A DNA stretch of 64,000 nucleotides, taken from contig JACKPK010000001.1 in NCBI GenBank assembly GCA_024233595.1, positions 60,747 through 124,746 on the forward strand. Reading direction: 5' to 3'. This document shows positions 13,551 to 22,995 of this stretch, piece after piece. The notes beneath the pieces are model-generated. The model was not told the DNA's origin, did no database searches, and saw only the letters and a program-made list of their open reading frames with translations. How positions within the stretch are numbered: the stretch's first letter is position 1; each line of letters opens with the position of its first letter. Source of the stretch: Deltaproteobacteria bacterium (GTDB lineage Bacteria; UBA10199; JADGCS01). The translations under genes were made by a program, and so were the position numbers.

Positions 13551-13901
13551 ATGTTTATCTTAGGAGACATCCTCATTGTAGCCGCCACCATTTTGCACTA
13601 CGTGTTTAGTTTTTATCAGTTTGTGATTTTAGCCGCGGTGATTTTGTCTTGGGTTCGCCCCGCACCCACCAATGACATCATCCGGAACATTCTTTACGCC
13701 ATTCATCGTTTAACAGATCCCGTGTTTGCTTGGGTACGCATGCGCATGCCAGCAGGCTTACGCAACACTGGTTTGGATCTTTCTCCTATGATTGTCTTGT
13801 TGGTGCTCATGGGTGTCGACATGCTCACTTACCGTGTGCTCATGCACACAGGCATTTACCTGACCATGGGTGTGAACCACGCTCCGGCTTCGCCCTTTTG
13901 A
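13551..13901 (+). CDS. YggT-family membrane protein
   Basis: The internal start 'MFILGDILIV' has a GGAG RBS 8 nt upstream. Two hydrophobic segments fit the YggT/Ycf19 topology. The longer track ORF overlaps proC and is probably not the real start. Confidence 0.65.
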   Translation: MFILGDILIVAATILHYVFSFYQFVILAAVILSWVRPAPTNDIIRNILYAIHRLTDPVFAWVRMRMPAGLRNTGLDLSPMIVLLVLMGVDMLTYRVLMHTGIYLTMGVNHAPASPF

Positions 13902-13903
13902 TC

Positions 13904-14134
13904 ATGCGCCTCACAGTTAAAGTCATTCCAAACGCCAAAAAAACAGAAATCACCGAGGACAATCCAAAAGAAGCTTTTTTAAAAGTTCGTTTGTCTTGTC
14001 CTCCTGTTGACGGGGCTGCCAACAAAGAACTCGTTAAGCTTTTGAGCAAACACTTTGGGGTTTCAAAATCAAAAGTCAAAATTATAAAGGGCGAAAAAAG
14101 TCGTGAAAAGATTGTGGAGATTGATCAAGGTTGA
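13904..14134 (+). CDS. DUF167/YggU-family small protein
   Basis: 'MRLTVKVIPNAKKTEI...KVRLSCPPVDGAANKELVKLLSKHFGVSKSKVKIIKGEKSREK' matches UPF0235. The ATG overlaps the yggT stop. Confidence 0.6.
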   Translation: MRLTVKVIPNAKKTEITEDNPKEAFLKVRLSCPPVDGAANKELVKLLSKHFGVSKSKVKIIKGEKSREKIVEIDQG

Positions 14135-14143
14135 AGTTTGCCA

Positions 14144-15580
14144 TTAATGGACGATATCATTCCCTGGGACAATACCAGGGTGAAAAAACTGAGCTATTTT
14201 GTGATCAGAAGATGCCCAGCCGGGCTGAGTCAATGGATCAGTGTTTTGATACACTTCAAATTTCTCACCAATAAGCTCAAGCGCCACAGAGGCTAATCTT
14301 CTTGTGTCTGCAAAAGAGTGCGTTGTTAGCTTTTGCAATCCTTCAAGCGCCCTTTGGCGAGCTAAAATAAAATCTGACTCCGAAACACTTTCAAATCTTT
14401 GCAAAGCAGACAAAAAATAAAAGAGCCCACGCACACAAAGATTGCGGCCATCCTTCCACGGCAGACTCAGGCCATTCACCAAACCATCAACAAAATCACC
14501 CAATTCATTCTGATCGGGCTTTATCCCTTGGCCAAGTGCAAAATAAAAATACAAGCCAATGGCAGAACCTTGCCAGACTGGGTCCAGACTACAAAATGAG
14601 GCCGTTTTTCCATCAACACGATTCGATTGCATCGCCCAAAAAAAATTCTTTTGATCAACCTCAGTTTCAAAAGAAGCTGGAAAACGCAGACTCTTAATAA
14701 AAAAGTTAGTTTCTCCAGAGAGCTGCACCTCGGGAATCAAAATGAGTTCCCTGAATTGGGCCAAAAGCCATTTGCCTTCGGGACCACATGAACTCAGGTA
14801 TTCTTCAAAATGCCCCAATGACCCAAAACAAGCAGCGAGTTGATTTTTGGCTATGGCTAATTCACTTGGTGGCAAAATACGCAGCATGTTCAAAAACAAT
14901 CGCAGGGGGGTCTGCACACTAAAATGCAATCCCTGTGTGCAATCTTTATTGGCATCCACTCTTTTTATTAATTTAAAAATTGTGCTTTTGCGTTGTGAAG
15001 CGCTCATTTGAGAAAAAACCGTTGCGAATAATTTTTCTTCAGCAATACGGTTTGATTTATGAGCCTGCTCGCCTTGATTGTCTTTGGACACTAAATAATA
15101 GGCAATGAATTGTTCCAGTCCTATTTTGATCGACCAATAACCACGAGCTACCAACAAAGATAAGGCCAGAGCAAATTGCGCATACTGCGGGTGATCAATA
15201 CGGTAGACAAGGACTTGATCCATCAGTTCTGTTGCCCATTGTGTAAAACTCATTTCTTCATTTTTAGAAAATCCCTGATCCCAGCGCGAATCTCGCAAAG
15301 CATTCAAAGCTGGTTGTTTGAAACCGAAATTTCCATTGTTGAAAAACTCTATCAAACCTTCAGCACCGATCCCTTGTGCAAAAAAATCAGTAACACCACC
15401 AAAACGATGAACGAGTTGCGTTTCCAACCAACTCACGTGAGTATCAGCAGCCACAACAGCAAAATCAGCAGTTGTGCATTTGGGTGCTAAAGGCGCCTGA
15501 TGCAAAGATTCAGGACCACTTTCTGGTGAAACGCAGGGAAAAGCGGATGCTACCGATGTAATAAGGCTTCTTATGCTCAT
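14144..15580 (-). CDS. Hypothetical secreted protein (478 aa)
   Basis: N-terminal signal-like 'MSIRSLITSVASAFPCVS'. It has no recognised family and is wedged between a core cluster and rlmN. Confidence 0.5.
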   Translation of the reverse strand: MSIRSLITSVASAFPCVSPESGPESLHQAPLAPKCTTADFAVVAADTHVSWLETQLVHRFGGVTDFFAQGIGAEGLIEFFNNGNFGFKQPALNALRDSRWDQGFSKNEEMSFTQWATELMDQVLVYRIDHPQYAQFALALSLLVARGYWSIKIGLEQFIAYYLVSKDNQGEQAHKSNRIAEEKLFATVFSQMSASQRKSTIFKLIKRVDANKDCTQGLHFSVQTPLRLFLNMLRILPPSELAIAKNQLAACFGSLGHFEEYLSSCGPEGKWLLAQFRELILIPEVQLSGETNFFIKSLRFPASFETEVDQKNFFWAMQSNRVDGKTASFCSLDPVWQGSAIGLYFYFALGQGIKPDQNELGDFVDGLVNGLSLPWKDGRNLCVRGLFYFLSALQRFESVSESDFILARQRALEGLQKLTTHSFADTRRLASVALELIGEKFEVYQNTDPLTQPGWASSDHKIAQFFHPGIVPGNDIVH

Positions 15581-15693
15581 GGGTTCTTCATCGAGCTTTG
15601 GGTTAAAAAGTTGCGTGTTTTTTGTACGTACTCAGTACGTACTTTTTTGGACTGTGTTTGCAGCGAAAATCAGAGCAAAAAACGACCAAATCA

Positions 15694-16779
15694 TCACACG
15701 GCGATCTTGAATCGCTCGGTCTTAAAGGATTTGGCTTCGCCAACAAGAGCTTTTTCGTGGGTTGCCAACTGGCCGCAAGCCCCTAAAATATCGCGCCCGC
15801 GTGATTTACGCACCACAGCGATGTAGCCAGCATTCAAAAGTATTTTTTGAAACTTGTGCACCCACTCGTCATCAGGTCGTTTGTAAGGAGACTCTGGGTA
15901 CTCGTTAAAAGGCAAAAGGTTCACCTTGGCCTTGAGTTTAGAAAGGATTCGCACCAGGCGCTTGGCGTCATCTAAGGTGTCGTTCACACCGTGCAACATG
16001 ACGTATTCAAATGTGATGGCATTGCGTTTGTGCAATTTCATATTTTTGCACGCTTCCAATAAACGTTCGATGTTGTACTTTTTGTTAATGGGCATCACAA
16101 CATCGCGCACCTCATCGGTGGTGGCGTTAAGCGAAATGGCCAACTTCACCGGTGTCTTGTCACCAAATTTTTCGATCTCGGGAGCAAGGCCCGATGTGCT
16201 CACTGTGACGTGATGTCTTGAAAAATTAAAACACTCGGGATCCAATAAAATATTCAAAGCGGGGTACAAACTTTTAGGATTGGCCAGTGGCTCGCCCATG
16301 CCCATGAACACAAGGTTTGTGATGCTTTCGTCTTCTGGCAAAGCACGCTTAACGGCAGCGATTTGCTCGACGATTTCGTAAACAGACAAATTACGTTTAA
16401 GGCCAAGCTCACCTGTTAAACAAAAATCGCAAGCCATGCCACAACCCACCTGCGTGCTCACACAGAGCGTGCGGCGATTTTCGGCCGGGATCCAAACTGA
16501 TTCGATCTTATTGCCATCGCCCATTTCAAAAAGAAATTTTTTGGTGCCATCGTTCGATGTTTGCTCAATGAGTTTTTTAAATCGCGGGATCTCGTAAACC
16601 TCATCTAACTTTTCGCGAAACACCTTGCTGATGTTGGTCATATCGGAAAAATCACCCGCGTCTTTTTGGTACAACCACTGACGCACCTGACGCGCACGAT
16701 AGCCCTCGAGCCCCATTTCGGAAAACTCCACCGCGAGCTGATCAAGAGGGATATTTTTGATATTTTTCTTTTGCGTCAT
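15694..16779 (-). CDS. rlmN: Dual-specificity radical-SAM RNA methyltransferase RlmN (23S rRNA A2503 / tRNA A37 C2)
   Basis: 361 aa with 'CVSTQVGCGMACDFCLTG' (radical SAM CxxxCxxC) and the conserved C-terminal Cys in 'GRDILGACGQL'. Confidence 0.9.
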   Translation of the reverse strand: MTQKKNIKNIPLDQLAVEFSEMGLEGYRARQVRQWLYQKDAGDFSDMTNISKVFREKLDEVYEIPRFKKLIEQTSNDGTKKFLFEMGDGNKIESVWIPAENRRTLCVSTQVGCGMACDFCLTGELGLKRNLSVYEIVEQIAAVKRALPEDESITNLVFMGMGEPLANPKSLYPALNILLDPECFNFSRHHVTVSTSGLAPEIEKFGDKTPVKLAISLNATTDEVRDVVMPINKKYNIERLLEACKNMKLHKRNAITFEYVMLHGVNDTLDDAKRLVRILSKLKAKVNLLPFNEYPESPYKRPDDEWVHKFQKILLNAGYIAVVRKSRGRDILGACGQLATHEKALVGEAKSFKTERFKIAV

Positions 16780-16906
16780 GGACGCCTTTCTAATCTAAAA
16801 AGCTGTTTAAAAACAAGAGGGACTCCTGAGAAGCCTTTTTCGATAAAGACCTTAAAAAGTTGCTAGTTCTTGCCAAGTTCCTGGAATTTCGCGTAAAATA
16901 GCAACT

Positions 16907-17113
16907 ATGTCCGATTCAAACCAAAATAACGACGGCTCAGGCCGCAAATTCTTGGGCATCAAATTTGAATGCTGCGGCACCTACGCGCGCGTGTATTTGA
17001 ACGAAAAAATGCAAGCCTATATGGGCGCCTGCCCGCGTTGCTGCAAACGCGTTAAGATCTTGGTCGATAAAGAAAAGGCCACAACAGATAAGCGCTTTTT
17101 TGTGGCGAAGTGA
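16907..17113 (+). CDS. Small Cys-rich (putative zinc-ribbon) protein, 68 aa
   Basis: 'FECCGTY...GACPRCCKRV' gives paired Cys clusters. There is no obvious RBS. A competing antisense ORF (16937..17143) exists. Confidence 0.3.
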   Translation: MSDSNQNNDGSGRKFLGIKFECCGTYARVYLNEKMQAYMGACPRCCKRVKILVDKEKATTDKRFFVAK

Positions 17114-17179
17114 AAATGAATCAATGACCTGAAAATTCGTCAATTGCTATTCATAAAACCAATGTATTAAAATGTACCC

Positions 17180-17374
17180 ATGCGCACTACTATTAATTTA
17201 CTAAACAAATTGATTGATGAGGCTCAAAAAATCCTTAAAACAAAAACCAAGACCCAAACCATCATCACTGCTCTAGAAGACATCATTCGCCGCAAAAACA
17301 GCAAAAAAATTCTAGCTCTCCGTGGTTCTCTTAAAGAAGATTTTGATTACAAAGAATTTAGACGCAAACGTTAA
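17180..17374 (+). CDS. VapB/DUF2191-like type II antitoxin-like small protein (orphan)
   Basis: 'MRTTINLLNKLIDEAQKILKTKTKTQTIITALEDIIRRK' resembles Rv0623/VapB-family antitoxins. No PIN/VapC gene is adjacent. Confidence 0.4.
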   Translation: MRTTINLLNKLIDEAQKILKTKTKTQTIITALEDIIRRKNSKKILALRGSLKEDFDYKEFRRKR

Positions 17375-17488
17375 ATTAGTCACAAAACAAAAGGCAAAAT
17401 CACCGACAGCAAAACCCCTGCCCCAGCCAAGGCAAAAAACAAAATCAAAAGACGTTTTTCGTTGTCGTTAAGAGGCGGTGTTTTCATG

Positions 17489-19921
17489 CTACCTTAAAAC
17501 CTCGAGATGCGCGTGTTTGTAAAGCAGCTTTTTCATCACGCCTGTTTTGAACTTCACCATGATCTTGAGCTTGTCATCAGCACCTTCAAATCCCAAAACA
17601 TTGCCATCGCCAAAAACAGCGTGACGCACGCGCGCGCCCTTTTTGATCGGCATGCCTTCAGTTTGAGCGTATTCAAGATCAATGGTGGTTTCGTTGCGTG
17701 CAGCAGGTTTGCGCTTAATGGTGTTACTCACCCCGGCACGAGTCGCTTGGCGAAAACCACCTTGACGCTGACCAGCCTGCTGAGCACGATAAGGCTTGGC
17801 GTAAGGTTCGCTGCGGTTCCCCTGCCCATAAGAAACAGGCTGTGACCAGCCATCATCAAATTGATTCTGCTGATTGCGTTCTTCGTAAAGTTTTTTGCGA
17901 TTCATCATAGCCGAAGCCGACGCCCATGGTTTGTCATCGTCTTCTTCCAGGGTGACTGTTTCAACAAACTCAGAAGGGATCTCTTCTAAAAAGCGACTGG
18001 GAAAATTATAAAGATTGGTTCCAAAAATTTTGCGCTCATTCACAAAACTCAAATGCAATTTTTTCTCGGCCCGTGTCATGCCCACGTAACAAAGACGACG
18101 CTCTTCTTCTAAGTCTTCCTGATTATCCAGACTGCGGTTGTGTGGGAAAATACCTTCTTCCAACCCCACCAAAAACACCACGGGGAATTCCAAACCTTTT
18201 GCCAAGTGAATCGTCATGAGGGTCACAAAATCATCGCCCTCGTCTAATTCATCGACCCCGCTGGCTAAAGAGATCTGATCCAAAAAGCCTTCGAGTGTTG
18301 GCACCTCTTCCATGTCGATGTACTCATCTAAAACAGAAGATAATTCGGTGAGGTTTTCTTTGCGGCTTTCGTTTTCGATTGTTTTCTCTTTGTCGAGCAT
18401 CTGCCAGTAACCCGATGTTTCGTACAAATACGGTAAAAAATCAGACAAAGGCATTTCGGCACGCGCGCGGTTGATCTTTTGCACAATGGCCACAAAGCTT
18501 GATAATTTTTTAGCCGTGCCCGCATTCACATTAAGACCCAACGCGGGATCACCCACCTGGCAAAGTGTTTCCCAAAAACTAATGCCCTTTTGCGTGGCCA
18601 GGTCTTCGATTTTATCGACCGTGGTTTTGCCAATGCCACGCGCTGGCACATTAATAACACGCTTTAAACTGATGGCATCAGCAGGGTTCACCAGCACTTT
18701 TAAATAAGCCATCATGTCTTTGATTTCCATGCGGTCGTAGAATTTGGTGCCACCAAAAATTTTATACGCCAAACGATTGCGGCGCATTTCGTCTTCAAAA
18801 GCGCGGCTCTGCGCGTTGGTGCGATAAAACACAGCAAAATCTTTTAAAGCGTGTTCCTCACGCAATTCCTTAATGCGTCCCACCACAAATTTGGCTTCGT
18901 CTTTTTCACCCATGCCACCAAAAACTTTGATCGAATCACCATCGTTATTTTCTGTCCACAGCTCCTTGCCCATACGGCCTTTATTGCCACGGATCACTGC
19001 GTTGGCTGCATTTAAAATGGTCTGTGTGGAACGGTAATTTTGTTCCAAGCGAATGCACTTGGCATCGGGATAGTCTTTTTGAAAATCCAAAATGTTTCGG
19101 ATCTCGGCACCGCGAAACTTATAAATGCTTTGGTCATCATCACCGACAACGCACACATTTTTGTACTTGCTCGCCAAAAGCTTGATGAGTTTGTACTGAC
19201 AAAGGTTGGTGTCTTGGTACTCGTCTACCATGATGAATTTAAATTTTTCTTGGTAATGACCCAGGATTTCGGGCTTATTGGTGAACAACTTGAGCACGTA
19301 ATTGATGAGATCGCCAAAATCCATGGCGTTGTTACGCTTGAGCTCTTTTTGATAAATCGTAAAAATCTCGTGAACCTTGGTTAAAAAATGATCGCCTTCG
19401 GTGGCAAAATCTTCTGGGCCCAGGCCTTCGTTCTTAGCGCGGTTGATGTGAAACTGAATGGTTTTGGGTTTGTAAATTTTATCGCTGAGATTCAGATCCG
19501 CCACCACTTTTTTAAGCGCGGTCTTTTGATCAGAGTCATCGTAAATGGCAAAGGCCTTTTCAAAACCAAGGTCCTCAGCATGGCGACGCAAAATGCGCAA
19601 ACAAGACGAGTGAAATGTCGAAATCCAAAGGTCCTGCGCTGCGGGCCCCAAGGACTCCATCACGCGGTTTTTCATTTCACGCGCGGCTTTGTTGGTGAAG
19701 GTCACGGCAAAAAGATTCCATGGCGACACGCGCTCTTCGCGAATCAGATGAATCATGCGCTCGACAAGCACACGGGTTTTGCCAGAGCCCGCTCCTGCTA
19801 AAATGAGCAAAGGCCCCTCTTTGTGTAACACAGCTTCTTTTTGTTTAGGATTCAGTGGAAATCGACTCATAAGAGCGATGCCATTGCAGGGAAATAAGGG
19901 GGAGTCAATCCTTCGACTCAT
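17489..19921 (-). CDS. uvrD: ATP-dependent DNA helicase UvrD/PcrA
   Basis: Carries 'AGAGSGKT' (Walker A), 'MVDEYQDTN', 'VGDDDQSIY', 'NYRST', and a C-terminal Tudor-like tail. An alternative start at Met18 (19870) is possible. Confidence 0.9.
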   Translation of the reverse strand: MSRRIDSPLFPCNGIALMSRFPLNPKQKEAVLHKEGPLLILAGAGSGKTRVLVERMIHLIREERVSPWNLFAVTFTNKAAREMKNRVMESLGPAAQDLWISTFHSSCLRILRRHAEDLGFEKAFAIYDDSDQKTALKKVVADLNLSDKIYKPKTIQFHINRAKNEGLGPEDFATEGDHFLTKVHEIFTIYQKELKRNNAMDFGDLINYVLKLFTNKPEILGHYQEKFKFIMVDEYQDTNLCQYKLIKLLASKYKNVCVVGDDDQSIYKFRGAEIRNILDFQKDYPDAKCIRLEQNYRSTQTILNAANAVIRGNKGRMGKELWTENNDGDSIKVFGGMGEKDEAKFVVGRIKELREEHALKDFAVFYRTNAQSRAFEDEMRRNRLAYKIFGGTKFYDRMEIKDMMAYLKVLVNPADAISLKRVINVPARGIGKTTVDKIEDLATQKGISFWETLCQVGDPALGLNVNAGTAKKLSSFVAIVQKINRARAEMPLSDFLPYLYETSGYWQMLDKEKTIENESRKENLTELSSVLDEYIDMEEVPTLEGFLDQISLASGVDELDEGDDFVTLMTIHLAKGLEFPVVFLVGLEEGIFPHNRSLDNQEDLEEERRLCYVGMTRAEKKLHLSFVNERKIFGTNLYNFPSRFLEEIPSEFVETVTLEEDDDKPWASASAMMNRKKLYEERNQQNQFDDGWSQPVSYGQGNRSEPYAKPYRAQQAGQRQGGFRQATRAGVSNTIKRKPAARNETTIDLEYAQTEGMPIKKGARVRHAVFGDGNVLGFEGADDKLKIMVKFKTGVMKKLLYKHAHLEVLR

Positions 19922-20044
19922 TTCATTCGCTCAGGACAAGTACACTTCGACTCATTTCGTTTAGCCTGCCCTGAGCTAGTCGAAGGGATTAGGGACAAGG
20001 AGCAAGAGACTAGTAGGTGTTTGTTTGAATTGTCTCGTTGAACG

Positions 20045-20305
20045 TTAATAACCCAAGATTTGCTTTCGATAATCATACAATCGCTTTGTTGCAGGAGAAA
20101 CTGGTCCACCTACACAATCAATTATTTGATTCAACTTGGTTTCAGCTAATTCAAACCCTGAGGCAATAGCACGACTCCTAGAACCTAAACCTAAAACTCT
20201 AGATGCTACAGAATGAGCACCACCCATGCCAATCGGTCCCAAAGGAAACCCTGCCATACTCGCTACAGCCGCCAAACCAGGATAAGGGTTTGTCATTCCT
20301 GCCAT
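20045..20305 (-). CDS. Small glycine-rich hypothetical protein (86 aa from the RBS-supported start)
   Basis: 'GGAGG' lies 8 nt upstream of the internal ATG ('MAGMTNPYPGLAAVASMAGFPLGPIGMGGAH...'). I recognise no family. Confidence 0.4.
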   Translation of the reverse strand: MAGMTNPYPGLAAVASMAGFPLGPIGMGGAHSVASRVLGLGSRSRAIASGFELAETKLNQIIDCVGGPVSPATKRLYDYRKQILGY

Positions 20306-20465
20306 ATAAAACCTCCAAATAATCCACGCCACTTGCCTGTTTTCCTTAAACAAAACAGCAAACGCAGATGTTCATGATTCTATGTTTATTATCGCCCATT
20401 GCAAACAAAGGTTTCGTGTTTGCGAGCATTTCATGATGCAGTGAATCAGATTCAGGATGGGTGAT

Positions 20466-20810
20466 TTAAACCACCGCATTACGCAGTAAATCCTGAACAA
20501 ACTTATTGAGAGTTTTTCCTGCTTGCTTGGCTTTAACAGCAAGCAATCGATGAATTTCTGGATCAATGCGAGTCGTAAAGGTTCCAGACCAACTTTTTGT
20601 AGCCACTGGCTCAGGGATAGAGATCTTGGCTTTTTTTGCGGCCGCAACCCAGGTAGCCACTGCGTCGTTAGCGTTATCGATAACTTCTTGTGCCGTATCA
20701 CCATGAGTAGCACAACCAGGCAATTCAGGAAAATCTCCAAAGAAACATTCGTCTTCTTCAGACCACCTAACATTCAGGAGGTATTTGTATTTGTATTTAT
20801 TCTTTCTCAT
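20466..20810 (-). CDS. HicB-like (UPF0150) antitoxin-fold protein with a C-terminal ribbon-helix-helix-like tail; no HicA partner seen
   Basis: 'LLNVRWSEEDECFFGDFPELPGCATHGDTAQEV' matches the HicB N-terminal fold. The C-terminus 'IHRLLAVKAKQAGKTLNKFV' is RHH-like. Confidence 0.5.
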   Translation of the reverse strand: MRKNKYKYKYLLNVRWSEEDECFFGDFPELPGCATHGDTAQEVIDNANDAVATWVAAAKKAKISIPEPVATKSWSGTFTTRIDPEIHRLLAVKAKQAGKTLNKFVQDLLRNAVV

Positions 20811-20832
20811 TCAACGAATATTTATGCGTTAT

Positions 20833-20888
20833 GTAGTGGCTGCTCGAGAGCAGCCCTCTTCACATGGCCGCTCTCGAGCGGCCACTAC
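20833..20888. repeat. Compound palindrome (two mirrored 23-bp hairpin units with compensatory substitutions) between glmS stop and the hicB-like start
   Basis: GTAGTGGCTGCTCGAGAGCAGCC ... GGCCGCTCTCGAGCGGCCACTAC. Each unit is self-complementary, and the two units are reverse complements of each other apart from two compensating positions. Confidence 0.5.
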
Positions 20889-20890
20889 AC

Positions 20891-22729
20891 TCACTCCACC
20901 GTAACCGATTTTGCCAGATTACGTGGTTGATCAACATCGGTGCCTTTGCGGTCGGCAACATGATAAGCCAAGAGCTGCAAAGGAAGCGTTGTTAAGAATG
21001 GATTAAGATCCGCGTGTGTTTTAGGAATGGCAATGACATCGTCAAACTGATCAGCCAGATCTTCATCGCCCTCACTCACCAAAGCAAACACCATGGCCCC
21101 ACGGGCTTTGATCTCTTGCACGTTCGAAATCATCTTTTCATAAAGATCGTCTCGAATCGCTGACGCCACAACCGGGATGCCCTCTTCGATAAGGGCAATG
21201 GGACCGTGCTTCATCTCGCCACCGGCATAACCTTCGGCGTGAACATAGCTGATCTCTTTGAGTTTAAGAGCACCTTCGAGCATGATCGGAAACTGCATGC
21301 CACGCCCAAGAAAATAGCAATGCTCTTGCTGGTAAATTTTTTCGACAATGCTATCTAACGAGGCCATGCCTTTGCGCAAAAAGCTTTTCATCACATTGGG
21401 CAATTCCAATAAAGCCTGAATACGATCAGCAGCCTCGCTTTTTTCTAAATGCTCACCATAAAACGCAAGCTTGACCGCAATCATGTACAAAACTGCCATT
21501 TGGGTGGTGAAGGCCTTTGTACTGGCCACACCGATTTCGGGTCCCGCCAGAGTGTAAACAGTTTGGTCCGATTCGCGCGGGATGCTGGATTCCAAAACAT
21601 TACAAATGGAAAGCACTTTAGCGCCGCGCTGTTTGCTTTCGCGAATGGCTGCTAAGGTGTCCGCGGTTTCACCAGACTGACTGATGGCCACCACCAAAGT
21701 GTTGTCATTGACCAAAGGTTGACGATAACGAAATTCGCTAGAGAGATCGACGCTCACAGGAATCTTTGCCAAGTTTTCGATCCAATACTTACCAACCAAA
21801 CCGGCGTGCCAACTGGTGCCGCAAGCGATGATTTGAATTTGCGCGCGATCATTATGCGCAATTTGTTTTAAAAGCTCATTGGCCTCTGCCAAGTCGACAT
21901 CTAATGTGTCACGGTGAACACGCCCCATGAGGGTGTCGGCCAAAACACGTGGCTGCTCGTGAATCTCTTTGAGCATAAAATGCTTGTAGCCGGATTTTTC
22001 GGCCTGCGCAGCTGTCCACGTGATGCGATTGAATTCTTTTTCCACCACATTGCCTTTAAAATCAGTAAAGCGAATGCCGTTACGACTCAAAACAGCCATT
22101 TCGCCGTCATGCAAATACGCCACATCATTGGTGTGCGCGAGTAAGGCGGGGATATCGCTGGCAACAAAGCTTTCGCCCTGCTTTTGTCCCACAACCAAGG
22201 GGGATCCCATGCGAGCTGTGTAAATGGTTTCGGGATCAGCGCGGTGCAAAATGACTAAGGAAAATGCGCCATGCAATTCTGCCAAAGCAGCGTGCAAAGC
22301 GGATTCAAATTCTTTGCCCTGGTCCAAGTGATCTTGGATGAGGTGACAGATGATTTCGGTATCGGTTTCGGAAACAATCTGATGTTTGTTTTCTAAAAGA
22401 CGAGATTTGAGCTCGCGGTAGTTTTCGATGATGCCATTGTGAACCAAAACCACATCTTTTGAAAAATGCGGGTGCGCGTTGATTTCGTCTGGCTTGCCAT
22501 GCGTGGCCCAACGAGTGTGCCCAATGCCAATGGTGGCTGGAAAATTTTTGTCTTGGATTTTTTGTTCGAGCTCGCTGAGCTTGCCCTTGGCCCTGGCAAT
22601 TTGAAAATCGCCTTTGTACAAAAAAGCCAATCCGGCTGAATCATACCCACGGTATTCCAAACAACGCAGACCATTCATCAAAATGGGTTCCGCTTTTTGA
22701 TCTCCGATGTAACCAACAATTCCGCACAT
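20891..22729 (-). CDS. glmS: Glutamine--fructose-6-phosphate aminotransferase (isomerising)
   Basis: 612 aa with the N-terminal 'MCGIVGY' Ntn-amidotransferase start, two SIS domains, and a C-terminal '...KSVTVE'. Confidence 0.95.
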   Translation of the reverse strand: MCGIVGYIGDQKAEPILMNGLRCLEYRGYDSAGLAFLYKGDFQIARAKGKLSELEQKIQDKNFPATIGIGHTRWATHGKPDEINAHPHFSKDVVLVHNGIIENYRELKSRLLENKHQIVSETDTEIICHLIQDHLDQGKEFESALHAALAELHGAFSLVILHRADPETIYTARMGSPLVVGQKQGESFVASDIPALLAHTNDVAYLHDGEMAVLSRNGIRFTDFKGNVVEKEFNRITWTAAQAEKSGYKHFMLKEIHEQPRVLADTLMGRVHRDTLDVDLAEANELLKQIAHNDRAQIQIIACGTSWHAGLVGKYWIENLAKIPVSVDLSSEFRYRQPLVNDNTLVVAISQSGETADTLAAIRESKQRGAKVLSICNVLESSIPRESDQTVYTLAGPEIGVASTKAFTTQMAVLYMIAVKLAFYGEHLEKSEAADRIQALLELPNVMKSFLRKGMASLDSIVEKIYQQEHCYFLGRGMQFPIMLEGALKLKEISYVHAEGYAGGEMKHGPIALIEEGIPVVASAIRDDLYEKMISNVQEIKARGAMVFALVSEGDEDLADQFDDVIAIPKTHADLNPFLTTLPLQLLAYHVADRKGTDVDQPRNLAKSVTVE

Positions 22730-22811
22730 GAGGGGTCCTATCTACTATGAACTATCGACCATCAACCAAAAAAAAATAGCCCAACTCTTACGAGATGGGC
22801 CACCATTTTTT

Positions 22812-22889
22812 TTGGGGTGAACGAGGGGATTTGAACCCCCGGCCTCCAGGGCCACAACCTGGCGCTCTAACCAACTGAGCTACGCCCAC
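22812..22889 (-). tRNA. tRNA-His (anticodon GTG) with encoded G-1 and 3' CCA
   Basis: The reverse complement 'gGTGGGCGTAGCTCAGTTGGTTAGAGCGCCAGGTTGTGGCCCTGGAGGCCGGGGGTTCAAATCCCCTCGTTCACCCCA' folds as a cloverleaf with anticodon loop 'TTGTGGC', an extra 5' G pairing with discriminator C, and a TPsiC loop 'GTTCAAATC'. Confidence 0.85.
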
Positions 22890-22995
22890 CATAAAAGTAC
22901 AAAGAAAAACCTTTGCTTAATTGAGGGGCTGCATAAATCAAATCTGATCCAAATTGTAAATCCTTTTTCACCGCGGAAAACAAGGAGTTTACACC

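Noticed and set aside
13437-13901. Extended 154-aa version of yggT and the 13730..14134 extended version of DUF167
   Set aside because: The N-terminal extensions overlap upstream genes and are Cys/His-rich junk. Internal ATGs with an RBS (13551) and a coupled start (13904) give family-typical lengths.
20372-20773. 133-aa ORF overlapping the hicB-like gene in another frame
   Set aside because: The HicB-fold motif in the 20466..20810 frame is recognisable, while this frame has a low-complexity, non-protein-like composition.
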